DNA of 64,000 nt, from positions 1 to 64,000 of the forward strand of contig NW_014569539.1 of the NCBI RefSeq assembly GCF_000743755.1, read 5' to 3'. A model generated the notes under the pieces. The model made no database searches and was not told where the DNA came from. It saw nothing but the letters and a program-made list of their open reading frames with translations. Every line of letters begins with the position of its first letter. Positions within the stretch are counted from its first letter, which is position 1. Positions 51,586 through 64,000 of the stretch are shown here, piece after piece. The DNA comes from Blastocystis sp. subtype 4. Taxonomy: Eukaryota. The position numbers and the translations under genes were made by a program.

Positions 51586-53041
51586 TTAATTCCATTCAAC
51601 TGGTTTCTCATGTGGATAAAGATACTGAGCTTTTCCAGCAGCCACCGACTCCGGCCCATGATCTCGACAATGATAATCGTAAATGACATCTTGGGGTTCT
51701 CGAATTCCCATAGCATAACGGACTTCATTCATGATATACAATGAACCACAAATTAACAGAATGTCCTTCGGACCACATTCATCTAAAACTCGATGAAGAT
51801 TGTTCGGAATAGTATCAGCAACTCCATCTCTCTCTATGTATAAGTCCATTTATCCACTGTAACCGTCATTCCATTGCCTTCCCAGAGCATCATTGCAACG
51901 ATGGAGAGCATCTCGAAGACATTCACATTTCATTGCTCGAGGGTGGCTGCTGTTTATCAAACGCATCTTATCCACTGTTGTATGCTGTAAAATCACATTC
52001 AAACAATCGGATACGTTCTTATCTGCACAGAATCCACAAATCATCTAAATGTCAATCTCACATCTTTCTTACTCGAATCGTTCGATCTCCGTACAATTTC
52101 TTCATTGTTGCATACATTGCGTGGAATCCAGGTTGATTGTGACATACATCCAGAATCACTTTCACCTGCTCTCCACGGCTGTTTGGAAGAGTGAATTCTT
52201 CAAAACGGCATATCGGACGTTCCTTGGTTGCCGAGAGAATCACATCTTCAGGAACATGGAATTTTCCGTGGGAATACTCATTCAGAGTACGAAGTGCCTG
52301 ACATGCGATTGCCGTGTTTATTGCATCATAGGTCTCTTCCTGATAGTTAGGAACCATCACAGGAACATAGGGCGAATGATGACTGCCTGCGATGTTGTAG
52401 ATCTGTTGGTGAGGACAGTTTGGGCCTACAACCACAGGCTTGTTATCCTTAATAATGCCAGCCTTCTCGCGAGCGATGTCAGTAATGGTGTTTCCCAAAA
52501 TGCCCTGGTGATCGAGTCCAATGGATGTAATCACACTCAGTTCGGGAGTGATGATGTTCGTAGAGTCTAAGCGGCCTCCTAGACCAACTTCGATAACAGC
52601 TACATCCACTTGCTTTTCTCTGAAATAGTTGAATGCCATTCCAGTCACACTCTCAAAAAAACTCAACGAAGTAGGAAGTGTCGGCTCAATCTCGTTGATG
52701 AGTTGGAGGTTTTTCACCACATCTTCCTCTGAGATCATTTCTCCATTGATTGTGATTCTTTCACGGAAACTGGAAATATGTGGCGAAACATACATTCCCG
52801 TCTTGTATCCAGAAGCCTGAAGTGCCTTCGCAATTTTGTAGACAACCGATCCTTTTCCATTGGTTCCTGTGACATGAATTGTAGTAATTTGGTTCGCAGG
52901 ATTCCCCAGTTTCTGATTAAACAGTATCATATTCTCTAGACCCATTTTCACTTTGAAATTCAGGTTCTTAGAGTACAGAGTTCGTAGCAGATCTACAAAT
53001 CGGTTCTCATCCACAACATTACTCGTATATGTAGGGTTCAT
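51586..53041 (-). CDS. folC: Folylpolyglutamate/dihydrofolate synthase
   Basis: HVTGTNGKGS, YVSPHI, EVGLGGRLDSTN, GLDHQGILG, IAREKAGI, LDVCHN, ICGSLY. Confidence 0.95.
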
Positions 53042-53262
53042 TCTGCAGCACAACGATTCAAGAAGTCGAAGTGAATGTCAAAGCAAACCGAATTCAACTA
53101 TCCAGCGATTAATCGTTCCCAAAAGTCCATATGATGAAACTTCCGATCTGTTTTGTGGAATTGCAGAATTCATTGATTCTCGATAACCCAAAAGTGAGAA
53201 GAGATTTCCTGATTTTAGAATTGATTCGTTGTGCTACAGTCCAATTCTGATTCACTGGAGAG

Positions 53263-55428
53263 ATGATGGAGTCTGACAACATCATTGAAATCTTATCTTC
53301 TGATAGTGATGGCTCTTCTTCTTCTGTATGTTTCAAATGGATTGCAATATGTAGTTGGGGAATTCAGTGACTATCGTGGAGGATTCATTTTTATCTCGAT
53401 ATATTAAGAAGGTAGAGCAGGAGCACTCCTCTGTATTATTTGAAGAGAGTTCTGTAGATGTTAAAAGTGATGATCATCCAAATGAAGAGGAGAAACCGAA
53501 TTTAGAAGTTGGAAATCGCTCTGAAGACTATTCTGGGACGATGTTTGATCTGATTGGTATTCGGAAAGAGGATGATGAAACAGCGACTAGGATGGTTTGC
53601 ACGTTCTTAGATGATTGTGAAAAGCAAATTTCTCCTCCTTGCTTGAATAATCCCTCTCCCGCCGTGTCTCTCCTTCAGGATGAAATACCAATGAGTTCTT
53701 GTGATGTTTCTGTTTTGTGTCCCCAAACTGAGAAGAACAGTAAGGAGAAGAGTGTGTTCGAGGTAAATGAGTCGCCTCGCAGCATCCAGGAAACTTCTCG
53801 AAGTCCTAATATTTGCTCCGAGAGTGAATCATTGGTCAGAGGAGGATCGCCTGTGGCTGATACTTCGGACGCAGATTCGGTTTGTATCTCGATTGAAGAT
53901 TCAGACACTGAGCAGAGATGTGAATCGCCTCTTTCCAATGATCACAGATCACAGCAAGAGACAGCATATCCATCAATATTAGAAGTGTCTTCTGATTCGA
54001 GTGATGTGATTGTGAGTGTAGGGCATAGTCAGAATGACTCTCCTTATTGCAGTCAGAGTAGTGAGGAGGATGCAATGATTGCCAATTATGTCCTTTCTTG
54101 CTCTCAGAACACTCCTCTTCACTCTCAACCAGTATGGGAGAATCACAGTAACATTGTGTTGTCCAAGCGACCGTCTACAGGAGATGTGCAGGAGTCAGCA
54201 GCCAAGCGATCAGAGACATGGGAACGTACACTTTTCAGTCAGTCATCTGACTCTAATGAATGTGAGAATCCTCAGAATTTCGTTCCAACCCCTGACTCAC
54301 CGCCTGAGGTGAGAGAGAGTCAGCAGGATGAATTACCCTGGAGTTCGCCTGAATCAGATAATGGAGACAACGTGCCCCTCTCTCAGTCTACTAGACCTCA
54401 CAACACTCGCTCTCATAAGGTGAAATTTCTTCATTGCATTGACATCTAGCGTAATCGAACTCTTCTGGTGGCTCTGGAGGAGAAGTTAGGTCAGAATGAT
54501 GTTGGAAAGGCTGTTTTGGCCTCACTCCGACCACAGTTTGTGATTGGACCATTCATTCGTTGTCCTGTTCATGGTGTGATTATAGCAATGCGCCAAGTGG
54601 ATGGAGTAAGAATGAGGGATTACTGGGATGTAGAGATACGTGCCTATTCATGATTGTGTGATGATGGTGATGAACGGTCATGTGATCATCAATATGATAA
54701 AAGAACAGGGATTAGATGGTGCTTTGAGTAGTATTCGTGAGATCCGAGATAGAATTCTGGAATCTTCGAAACAACGAATGATTTTACTTTTGACAGAAAT
54801 GCAGGGAATTATTGCAGAACAGAAGCGGAAACGACGTGTTGGTGAATCCCAGCAGATTCATGAATAGGAATCTATTCAATCTTTCACTCGTGACTTTCTA
54901 ACGGAACTATACATTCGATTACGATTGTAGTGGTTAGTTTTAAGGCTAACTGATAGTGATTGTGCTATTGATTGTATTCCGTGTGAATGCAATGCGGCAG
55001 TTGTTGGTTGGGTGATGAAGATTCTCTGTGCTATTCGAGAAGGCCCTTATCAGTACGATTTTTGGGATTTGTCTTATATAGACAGCCATTGAGCGAATTA
55101 GGTGTAATGAATCGCATTCGGATTGCCAATCAGGATACTGGGAACTCGACCTCTCCGACAGTCATCTGGAATCGGTTTCTCCAATGCATTCCAGGAATTA
55201 GCGCAGTAAAAGCAGGGGAGATTGTTCGACATTATCCGACACTCTCTTCGTTGCTTCATGCATATGCCTCTTGCAAAGATGAAGAGTCGAAAAGGGATTT
55301 GCTTTCAGTATTTAGCTGCTGTTTTGTATGATTGATAGGACAAGTTCGGAGGGAATTCACGACAACGACAGTTGTCAAGGAAAGTATATGAAAACTTGAC
55401 TGTGGAAGGCCCTACTGTTTTGTTGTGA
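53263..55428 (+). CDS. EME1/Mms4-like crossover-junction endonuclease subunit
   Basis: Long S/E/D-rich N-terminus, degenerate ERCC4-like region, C-terminal HhH WNRFLQCIPGISAVKAGEIVRHYPTLSSLLHAY...LSRKVY. Confidence 0.65.
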
Positions 55429-55551
55429 CGTATTGTTTGTTGTCTATAATACCTAAGATAGAGGAAATATCTCCATTTCCTGTCATTCAAACCAAAATCG
55501 AGTCGATTTCTGTCCTTCGGTTGTCATTATTCTTTATTACGAGATTCTATC

Positions 55552-58349
55552 ATGCAAGGTATGTCCCATTCTCTCTTTTACATACAGGTTATGCTATTGT
55601 TAAATCAGTTTTGTCCGGAGATACTGTTTTGTTAATGGGCTCTGTTGCTGTAGGAAGTGGATCATGCCATTGAGTTGCTAGAAGGGAGTAGCTCCAGAAA
55701 TGCAGTTATCATTGGCGTATTGTCAAGCTCCTCGTGTAGCCAGAACAGCCGAGGGAGTTGAAGAGTACTTTGGATGGGAATCAAGAGAATATCTGCGTAA
55801 AATGATAATTGGACAGGTTGTCAAATTCAAAGTGTTGTACAAGGTGGATGTGATCAGCCGTACGTTTGGAACAATCGAACTGAAGGACAAGGATGTCCTC
55901 CGAGATATGGTTTCCAGTGGATATGTTTCCGTTCGTTCAGAGCGCGATGAAAAGGGAAGTCGCGAATTGTACGAGGAGTTGCTGGAACTACAAGCAGAGG
56001 CACGTGATAACCACAGAGGTATTTGGAGTCCAACGAAAACACTCCGTCATGTGAGTTGGACACTAGATGATCCCGAATCTTTCTTCCAAGCCAACAAAGG
56101 GATGCCAATGGCTGCTATTGTGGAGCAAGTTCGTGACGGAAGTACACTTAAGCTGTATCTTCTCGAGACGGGAGAGATGATCTCGCTTCGTCTTGCAGGT
56201 TTACAAGCTCCCCGAATTGCTTATTCAGCTGATGGTAAAGCCACATATGATGCTTTTGCTGCGGAATCTCGGTGTTTCTCTGAACTCCGATTACTGAATC
56301 GTTCCGTGGTTATTATTATTGATGGCATGGACAAATTTAATGTATTCCCGCAGTTGTCGTCTCACCTCTAGAATTTCTTCGGTCGTGTGGAACACCCCAG
56401 TGGATCCCTTGCTAAGGAGCTCTTGGGAGCTGGTTTGGCACGTGTGGTTGACTGGTCTCTAAATTTCCTTCCCGTTGAAGAAGTGTCGATTTTGCGTGGA
56501 GCCGAGTTAGAAGCAAAGAAACAGCATTTGCGCTTATGGAAGGACTGGGTAGAAGTGATGATGAGTAGTGATTAGTAGAAGGCAGTGAACACGACATACG
56601 CTGCCATTCAGGGTCAAGTGTTGCAGGTGATGAGCGGTGATACACTGATCATTTTGCTAGACGGAAAGGATCCATTGGTACCTTCTTCTCAACGTCGTGT
56701 GAATTTAGCAAGTGTTCGTGCTCCGAAGTTAGGAAATTTGAAGAAGAATGTGGCTGATGAGGCATGGGCACAGGAAGCGAAAGAGAAACTGATTCATCTG
56801 GCAATTGGTAAGAAGGTGAAAATTGTGGTCGAATATGAGCGAACGAGTCTGGTAGGAACAGAAGAACAAACGTTTACGTACTGTACAGTGGAGCTGATGA
56901 ATGGAATGAATCTGGCAGAGGAACTGGTAAGTGCTGGACTAGTGTCTGTGGTGAGGCATCGTGATGATGAAGCCAGAGCTTCAAACTATGATCAACTCTT
57001 GTTAGCAGAGAATCAGGCGAAACAGGCGAGAGTGGGCTTGTTTAATCAGAAGAAACCCTCAATACGTCATCGTGTTGATTTCAGTGAGACACCAGCCAAA
57101 GCAAAAACGAATCTTCATTTCCTTAAACAGAAATCACGGTATCATGGTTTTATTGAATATGTGTTCTCTGCTAGTCATTACCTGGTACATATTCCTGAAG
57201 AGAACTGTCAATTCTCATTCAACTTACAAGGTGTAAAGGCTCCTCTCTCTTCAAGTCGAGGGAAGGGTGAATCATTTGGTGATGAGTCCTTGATGTATGC
57301 CAAACTTCATTTCCTGCAACGTGATGTGACTGTTGAAATTGTGAATGTGGACAAAGGAGGTAGCTTCATTGGTGATTTGTATATGGGGAATAAGAAGGAG
57401 TCAATTGGATTGGAGTTGCTACGTGAGGGTGTTGTGTTTATTAACGAGACTTCGATCGATTTCTGTCGTCAGGCTGAACTCATGGAAGAAGCAGAGGAGA
57501 CTGCGAAACAGAACAAGAAGGGATATTGGAAGAACTACGTAGAAGTGAAGAAGGTCGGTATGGATGATGAGAATCATGATTAGCCTAAGGAGTTAGTGGT
57601 GACAGGTGAAATGAATCTGGCTATCACTTCAGTTGTGAGTGGTGATACTTTTTATGCTGTTGCTGGTACAGATCATGATGCGTTGAGTACTGTGGATGCT
57701 GCATTGAAAACACTACCTATTCCTGTAGCGATTGAGGGGATCCTTTAATGATAGAACAATCTTGCTGTTGTAGCACCAGTGAAGGGTGGCGTGTATGCAT
57801 GTCTGATTGGAAGTGAGGCAGGACGACGATGGGTTCGAGTGTAATCTGATTTCAATCGAAATGATGAATAGACGTCTGATCAGCTCCAAAGGAGGATCCT
57901 GTTCTGTGTATTGTATGGACACAGGCGTTACACTTACAGTTTCATCGAATCAACTTCATGATCTCTCTGAGTCGATTCAACAGATTCCTGCACTTGCGCG
58001 TGCCTGCCGTTTGGCTGGTATTGAAGCTCCTACAACAGGTGAGTGGGGAAAATTGAGTCGTGACTGTCTTGACGACTTGGCTGATACGGAATTCTATCGT
58101 GCTCAGGTTGTGCTGAGAGATAGTGAGAACAGACTGGTACTGTTCCTCTACCGTGAAGACGACCAAAAGATTAGTATTAACGAAATGATGCTAGCAGAGG
58201 GATGGGCCAGAATTCAGAAGAATGCAGGTGTTCGATTGGCATCCTATTCTTCTATCTTACAGAGTATGCGGAAGTATGAAGCTGACGCTAAGGAAGATCG
58301 TGTGGGTATTTATATTCATGGGGATATTGGGTTTGAGACGGATGAGTGA
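55552..58349 (+). CDS. SND1: Tudor staphylococcal nuclease
   Basis: Repeated SNase domains (VKSVLSGDT, VEQVRDGS, VMSGDT, EYVFSAS) plus a Tudor/SN5 C-terminus (GIYIHGD). Confidence 0.93.
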
Positions 58350-58446
58350 TGAACAGTTTTGGTGTGTTTTTTTTACTCACACGTTGAATTTTGTTTTTGG
58401 CAGACTTCTCTTTTTGTTTGTGTGTTAATATCTGAGGTAGTTGGAG

Positions 58447-58854
58447 ATGAGCCGATCTCCGTCTGGTTTGCTTTTCTTTCTGGTATATTAGTTGATAGTA
58501 AAAAATGAATCAGATAATGTAGAATATGAAGTCGTTTATGAAGTTGTGGAAGTAACCGACTCCGATGAGGAAACTAGTTCCAAAAATGGGAGTGATGAGG
58601 AAGTGGAATACGAATATATTACAGAAGAAGTAGAAGAGAGTAATGACAGCAAGGAGGCAGAAACTACAACAGAAGACGGAGTTAAAATTGTAGTATCACC
58701 TACAAAATCAGGAGAGAAAGATTCTCCAGTTCCGATTCTGATGCGTCAACCCTCAGCGGTAAGAAAGAGTGTAAGCTTTTCATCTGTTCATTCTATTCTG
58801 ACTGAAGATGATCAAGTGATCTTTGTGGATAGTGAAGATGATATCTTCAGCTAG
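58447..58854 (+). CDS. Small acidic hypothetical protein
   Basis: ATG 58447, short intron, E/D/S-rich ORF with two EYEV/EYEY motifs. Confidence 0.45.
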
Positions 58855-59245
58855 TTGTTAAATCCTTTTTGTTTCTTTTGAATATCCATTGTTCCATATC
58901 AATTCCGTATGTCTTGGTGATTATTAGTATTGTTTATGTCTAACGAAAATGAAGTTGGAAATCAGGATACAGAAGTGTGTATGACGAATTACATTGTATT
59001 TCATTCGGAATAAGAGGATCTATGTGTCGCTAACTAAGTTGTCACAAACTATGTATAATATTGATCCCATTAATTTTGTGAAGGAATAGGGACATTCCCT
59101 ACCTTTTTCGTTTGTTCCTAGGGAAATGCGCTTGCAGGCTAAGGGAAATACTAAATTGTACATCACACTTATGTGATTACTTCTTGTTTGTTGCTATTAT
59201 TCTCATTGCTAGACTCAATTTGTTCTACTCAATACTTTGCTTTCC

Positions 59246-59943
59246 ATGAGACCTCTCACAGAAGAAGAGACAAAGGTGTTCTTTGAGAAGCTTACGAAAT
59301 AGTATGAGTTGGAGTGTAATCTTACTCTTATAGCCTTGGACCTAATGTAGAGCAACTAATCACTCGTACAGATGATCCTCATTGCTTTCGATTGCATAAG
59401 GATCGTGTATACTACCTCAGGTTTGTTCTTTGTGTATTTGGCTTACTGAAAGCGAAAAACTGTTGCGTATTGCTGGCAACTTTAGTAGAGATAATTTAAT
59501 AAGCATTGGAACTAAGTTTGGCCGTTTCAACAAGAATCACAAGTTCCGACTTCATATCACGGCTCTGGATTATCTGGCTAAATATGCACAAGTGAGTTGT
59601 TCTATTTAGTGATGAATTATAGTACAAGGTGTGGGTGAAACCAAGTGCTGAAATGACCTTTTTGTATGGTAATCACATTACAAAAGGAGGTTAGATCGAA
59701 CTAGTCTGGTGATTTCTAGGTTTGGCACGTATTTCAGAGAGTGTTCCTCAATATGGTGGTGTGATTGTCTACAATATGAATAATGTGGCTTTGGGATTTG
59801 GTGTAACTGCAAAATCGACAGAAGAGATCCGATCTCTAGATGCGGCTGTGGGGTCGTGCTGTGTTGATCATGAGTAGAGTATTGTCGTATTGCACCAGTC
59901 AGATGTCGGAGAGTATCTTCGTGATGAAACGATTCTTTCTTAA
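59246..59943 (+). CDS. NIP7: 60S ribosome biogenesis protein NIP7
   Basis: Spliced [16 protein letters not shown]...[10 protein letters not shown]...[12 protein letters not shown]...[16 protein letters not shown]...[12 protein letters not shown]; absent from the ORF track because of short exons. Confidence 0.95.
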
Positions 59944-60099
59944 GTTCCTTTATTCATTTGTTTGTTGCAATATGTAATTGGGGGATCCCTGTCTTTGGAT
60001 GATCAGATATAACCACAGTCTGTCGCACAAAATAGGTGTAGAATCGCGGTATTTACATGATGTGTTTTTCATCATCAATTCTCTTCAGATCCACTGGAT

Positions 60100-63000
60100 A
60101 TGAATGAAGAAGTGTTAAAAATCATCAATGAGTCAGATCAACAGTTTGACTCGGATATCGACCTTTCCCTTTATGACATCAACGATCTTCTGGAAGAAGA
60201 GGAGGTAGAAATCGAGTAACGACAAGTTGAGTTGTTTATTTTTAGGTTTCTTTTCCCTGACCAGTATGAGAAGAACTTGCGTTCTAGACGTAATCGACGT
60301 GCTTCTACATGGATGGCTGCATCGAAACGAGATATCGAAGAAGATGGAATTCATGGTTTCAAGGATCCTATAAAGAAAGAAGGTGTAGTAGCTCGTGCTA
60401 AAACTATTGAGTTGAATTACAACGATTACAAAGATGTATTTTACTTGAAGAAGCTGTTATCTGAAAATCGTCGTCCAGAGCCTTCGTTTTCCTTATCGGA
60501 TTACAATTTCAATAATTCAGACTTTGAACCTATTGAGATTGGTACTGTTGAATACAAAGATTTCAATCCCCCTGAGATTAGTATCAATCATCCTTATATG
60601 GAGCGTTTCTCTCAATACTATGATCTTTTCAGCAATAGACCGGTAATTCCGTCAAAATGGACGTTACAGACGGCTCTTCAGTACAAGAAGGAACAATCTC
60701 CTTCCATTCCTGAGCCCCAAGTTGAGAGTTCGATTACGTTAAATGTAATTAAATCATATCAATCTCCTGTTCCCAAAAATGATTCTGTTGTGATGGACAT
60801 GTTCCTAACCATTCATGAGGATAGTCATGCTTTCCTTCAGGAGAATATGAGGACATACAAGACTTCAGGGAAGGGTCTTCCCAATGCGTTGTGTATTTCA
60901 GATGATCTGGTTATTGTTGGTATGAGTAAGTCACAACTTATGTGTTACCCACTACATTCCAATTCTTCCCCCACCCCTGAAGACCCCTCTCCTTTTATGA
61001 TTGGTAGTCCTGATAACAGTGATGAACTGGAGAGTGTACTGTCATTGAGTATGGATTTGAGTGGTCAGTACTGTGCTGCTGGTTACAGTTCAGGCATTGT
61101 TGAAATAATCTCATTGGAGAAGCGAGCATCTGTCAAGTCCATTTCCTCTGTTCACAACATAGCTGTCTTGTTTGTTCGTTATTTGAGTAGTGGGAATCTC
61201 CTTTCTGTTGACTATGACGGTAACGTCGTTATTTCATCATTCTCAAGGAAGCTATTTGCGGTCACCGTGACATCAACTCGAATTCTCAATAGCTCTCAGT
61301 ATGGTCAGATTCATGATCTTTCACATGTTTCATTCTCAATTGCAATTCGACCTGAAGTCACGGAATCTGGGTCTGAATCCTCATCAAGTCTGGATCTAGT
61401 AGCTCTGACAACAGAGAAAGCCACTGTGATTCTTTCAGTTGATGATACTCAGGTATCTGTCCTCTTCTCCTTACCACGCACATCATTCACTGCTTCTAGA
61501 GAGAGTCCTTATTATGACAAGAAGAGTAACAGTGTTCAGCGTGTGACTTCAAGCAGTTGGCAACGATGTGAAGGCAACAGTTTCCTGTTTGTTCGTACGG
61601 ATGACACATTGATTGAATGTTGGAGTATTGAGGTGAAGTATGAATGAGAGAATGATCATTAGACTCACTTAGATGCATCAAGACATGTGAAGTATTACAT
61701 GAAACAACTGATTTCTCTTCAAGTCTCTTCCGTGGTGTGTTCATGTTCTTTCCTGTCTTCTCGATATCTCATTATTGTCACACAGGCAGATGGCTTCATT
61801 CTGATAGATCTTATTAAGGCTCAAGTGGTTCGTTCAATCTTACCAGAAGGGAAGTTACGTCTTATTTATGGTAATGTGAATTTACGACTTGGTAGAGCTA
61901 TGCGAGGTGCTGAAGGAGTATCAGAACTCATTGATCAGAATGGTCGACTTTATGCAAATTGTATCCGAAGTTGCAATCATGGTATTGCTGTTCTGTGCTT
62001 TGATCGATTGATGGTCCTACGAGAGAGTGATATGGAACAGAGGTTTATGGCTGCTGTGAATACCGGGGATCTGTTGAATGCTCTTCAAATCGGTACGTAT
62101 TATGCCAGGACGCTTCATGATTCATTGAATGCGGTAAGTGGAGCTGATACGAAACATGTAGAGGGAGAGATCCGACTTCAGTATTATTCCTTTGTCAACC
62201 GTCTTTCCTCAGTAATTGTCCGATTTGCTGAATGTGATTCATCATTACCAGCAGAATTCATTTGTGGATCATGCTTTGATGCTCTCACACAGATTGATCG
62301 TACTGACCTTCTCTACAGTTCTGTTCAGAGTGTTTGTGAACGAGGTACAAATGGTCTAACGATGGAGATATTCCTTCGAGTTCTTGCTTCGTATCTCCTT
62401 ACAGGAGCGATTACGATGGTTCCATATACTCTTCTCTCACCTTTGATTCTCTCTGTTCCTGATTCTTCTCAACTGTATTCTCTGGAACAGGCTCTCACTC
62501 GTATTGCTACTGATGACCTTACGGCCGCCTTGACTGTTCTGGCAGAGAAGGAACTGTTCCTTGCTTATGCTGCTCTTGCTATTCGAGAGCGGGGTTGTTA
62601 TGCCATACCTCTTGGGGTTATTCATACTTGTCTTCAGTCGGATCGAAATAAGGACTATTTCAGTCAATATCCTCAGATCCTATCACCTACTGAACAGGCT
62701 TCTCGTCATCTCTCTGCAGGAGCTGCTGGCCTGCTCGGCTTTTTCTACTTCCTTCTTCAGGCGAATGTGTTTGGTACGACTCTTACAGGGACATCACTCA
62801 ATACATTGGGTCGTTGTGCCAACCAGGGTGACTGTTTCCGCTTCCTGCGCTGTGGAGCACTTCCAGGTGAACCTTCTTGTGACACAGATGTGTCACCAAT
62901 TGGTGCATACACGAAGAGTGATGGCACCTTCCTTCTGGGTCTCTGTTTCTACGCATTGACAGTACGAGTGATTGCTGATGGAGCTGTTGCTACAACAGCT

Positions 63001-64000
63001 GATTCAGATGAGGACGATGAGTCAACTCGTGTCGCTGTTGAGAATGAGGGATATCGAGAACTGAATCGGATCACAAGTGATCAAATTGCTGGATGTCTTG
63101 TGTGGATGATCACTCATCCAACAGTACTGCAAGAATCAGACCTTCTTTTGGCATCGTATTTATTGCTCGTATTTATGGAATCCCATTATTCGCCTGAAGT
63201 CACATCTCAGGCTCAACTTCATTGCTATTCGTTCATTCATGAGCACAGTGAGTGTATTCGTAGAGAGAAGCTCTTAGGTGTTCTTGAGAACTATCCACTA
63301 ACTGAATCGTTGCGATCCCAAGTTTTGCACTTCCTGCTTGATTTGGGTTGTTTGCAGGAATGTGTACGAATTCTGGAAACGGCGAATGCGGTGTCTGAGG
63401 TAATCAGTATGTTGGTACGTGTGGCACGAAGTAGTGACCAGATGCAGGCCTGGAAAGAATGTGAGGTGTATTTGTCAAGAGTAAGAATTCCCGTGGGAAT
63501 GATATGTAGATTATCCGAACTGTAGCTGAGAGTAACGGGAATATGGATCAATTAGCGGAGCAGATTGCTCCTTTCTTTAATCTGCTTTTATTCTGGAATG
63601 ACCAAAAGAGTCCCTATTATTTGTTAATTGTTTGTAATGGGGATCATCAAAAAGTATTGGCTCATCTGGAGGAGAAGGCATCTTACATGTATCTGCGTCG
63701 CTTCTTGCTTCCAAGCACAATACCTTCTCTAGCCATCGGAACCAGTCTCTTAGAGGCAGTTCAGGTGAATTCACACACATCGATTACTCCCGCAGTTTTA
63801 TCACAATTTGCTCGAAGTTTGATGGAATGGGATAGGAGTCGTTTGGGGGAGTTTTTGCAGTCAAATACGATGTATGGAGATGAGATGGTTAATGATCCGT
63901 AGTTCAGAAGAACTGGCGAGAGAATTACTTTCGAAGTTGACCGAGAATGATCTGGAAAGTTCATGTTTGCTTCAAATCCGAGTGGGAAATGATGAGAGTG
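60100..64000 (+). CDS. VPS8-like CORVET subunit (WD40 plus alpha-solenoid), 3' partial
   Basis: GLPNALCISDDLVIVGMS WD40 start, AAGYSSGIVEI; solenoid IFLRVLASYLLTGAI...LEQALTRI...ELFLAY. Confidence 0.65.

Overview
Gene-dense eukaryotic nuclear DNA with very short (~28-32 nt) GT-AG introns, tiny intergenic spacers and a TGTTTGTT motif at gene 3' ends. These features point to the gut stramenopile Blastocystis (inference). About 28 protein genes are present, mostly housekeeping: ABCG, PP2C, PAK, nicastrin, ACSL, NOT3, TM9SF, SRR1, VAP, a complex I subunit, biotin ligase, golgin-84, PAC1, GT49, FolC, EME1, Tudor-SN, NIP7 and VPS8. There is also a degenerate tRNA-Leu(AAG). The standout is 25507-42156. 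The 4626-aa ORF joins in frame, through ten 29-32 nt introns placed by hand, to an upstream array of ~7-8 ubiquitin-like domains, giving a predicted ~5449-aa protein. Its order is UBL array, six midasin-type AAA+ modules, a long stalk with an inserted Tyr-rich domain, two degenerate vWA domains, a GATase-1-like domain and an intact vWA domain. A PD-(D/E)XK nuclease gene lies directly downstream. Other notable items are a Band-3 cytoplasmic domain fused to an OCA2/ArsB-type permease, a SAM plus degenerate kinesin protein, and several genes whose stop codon appears to be made by polyadenylation. All domain calls come from motif recognition by eye; no database searches were run.
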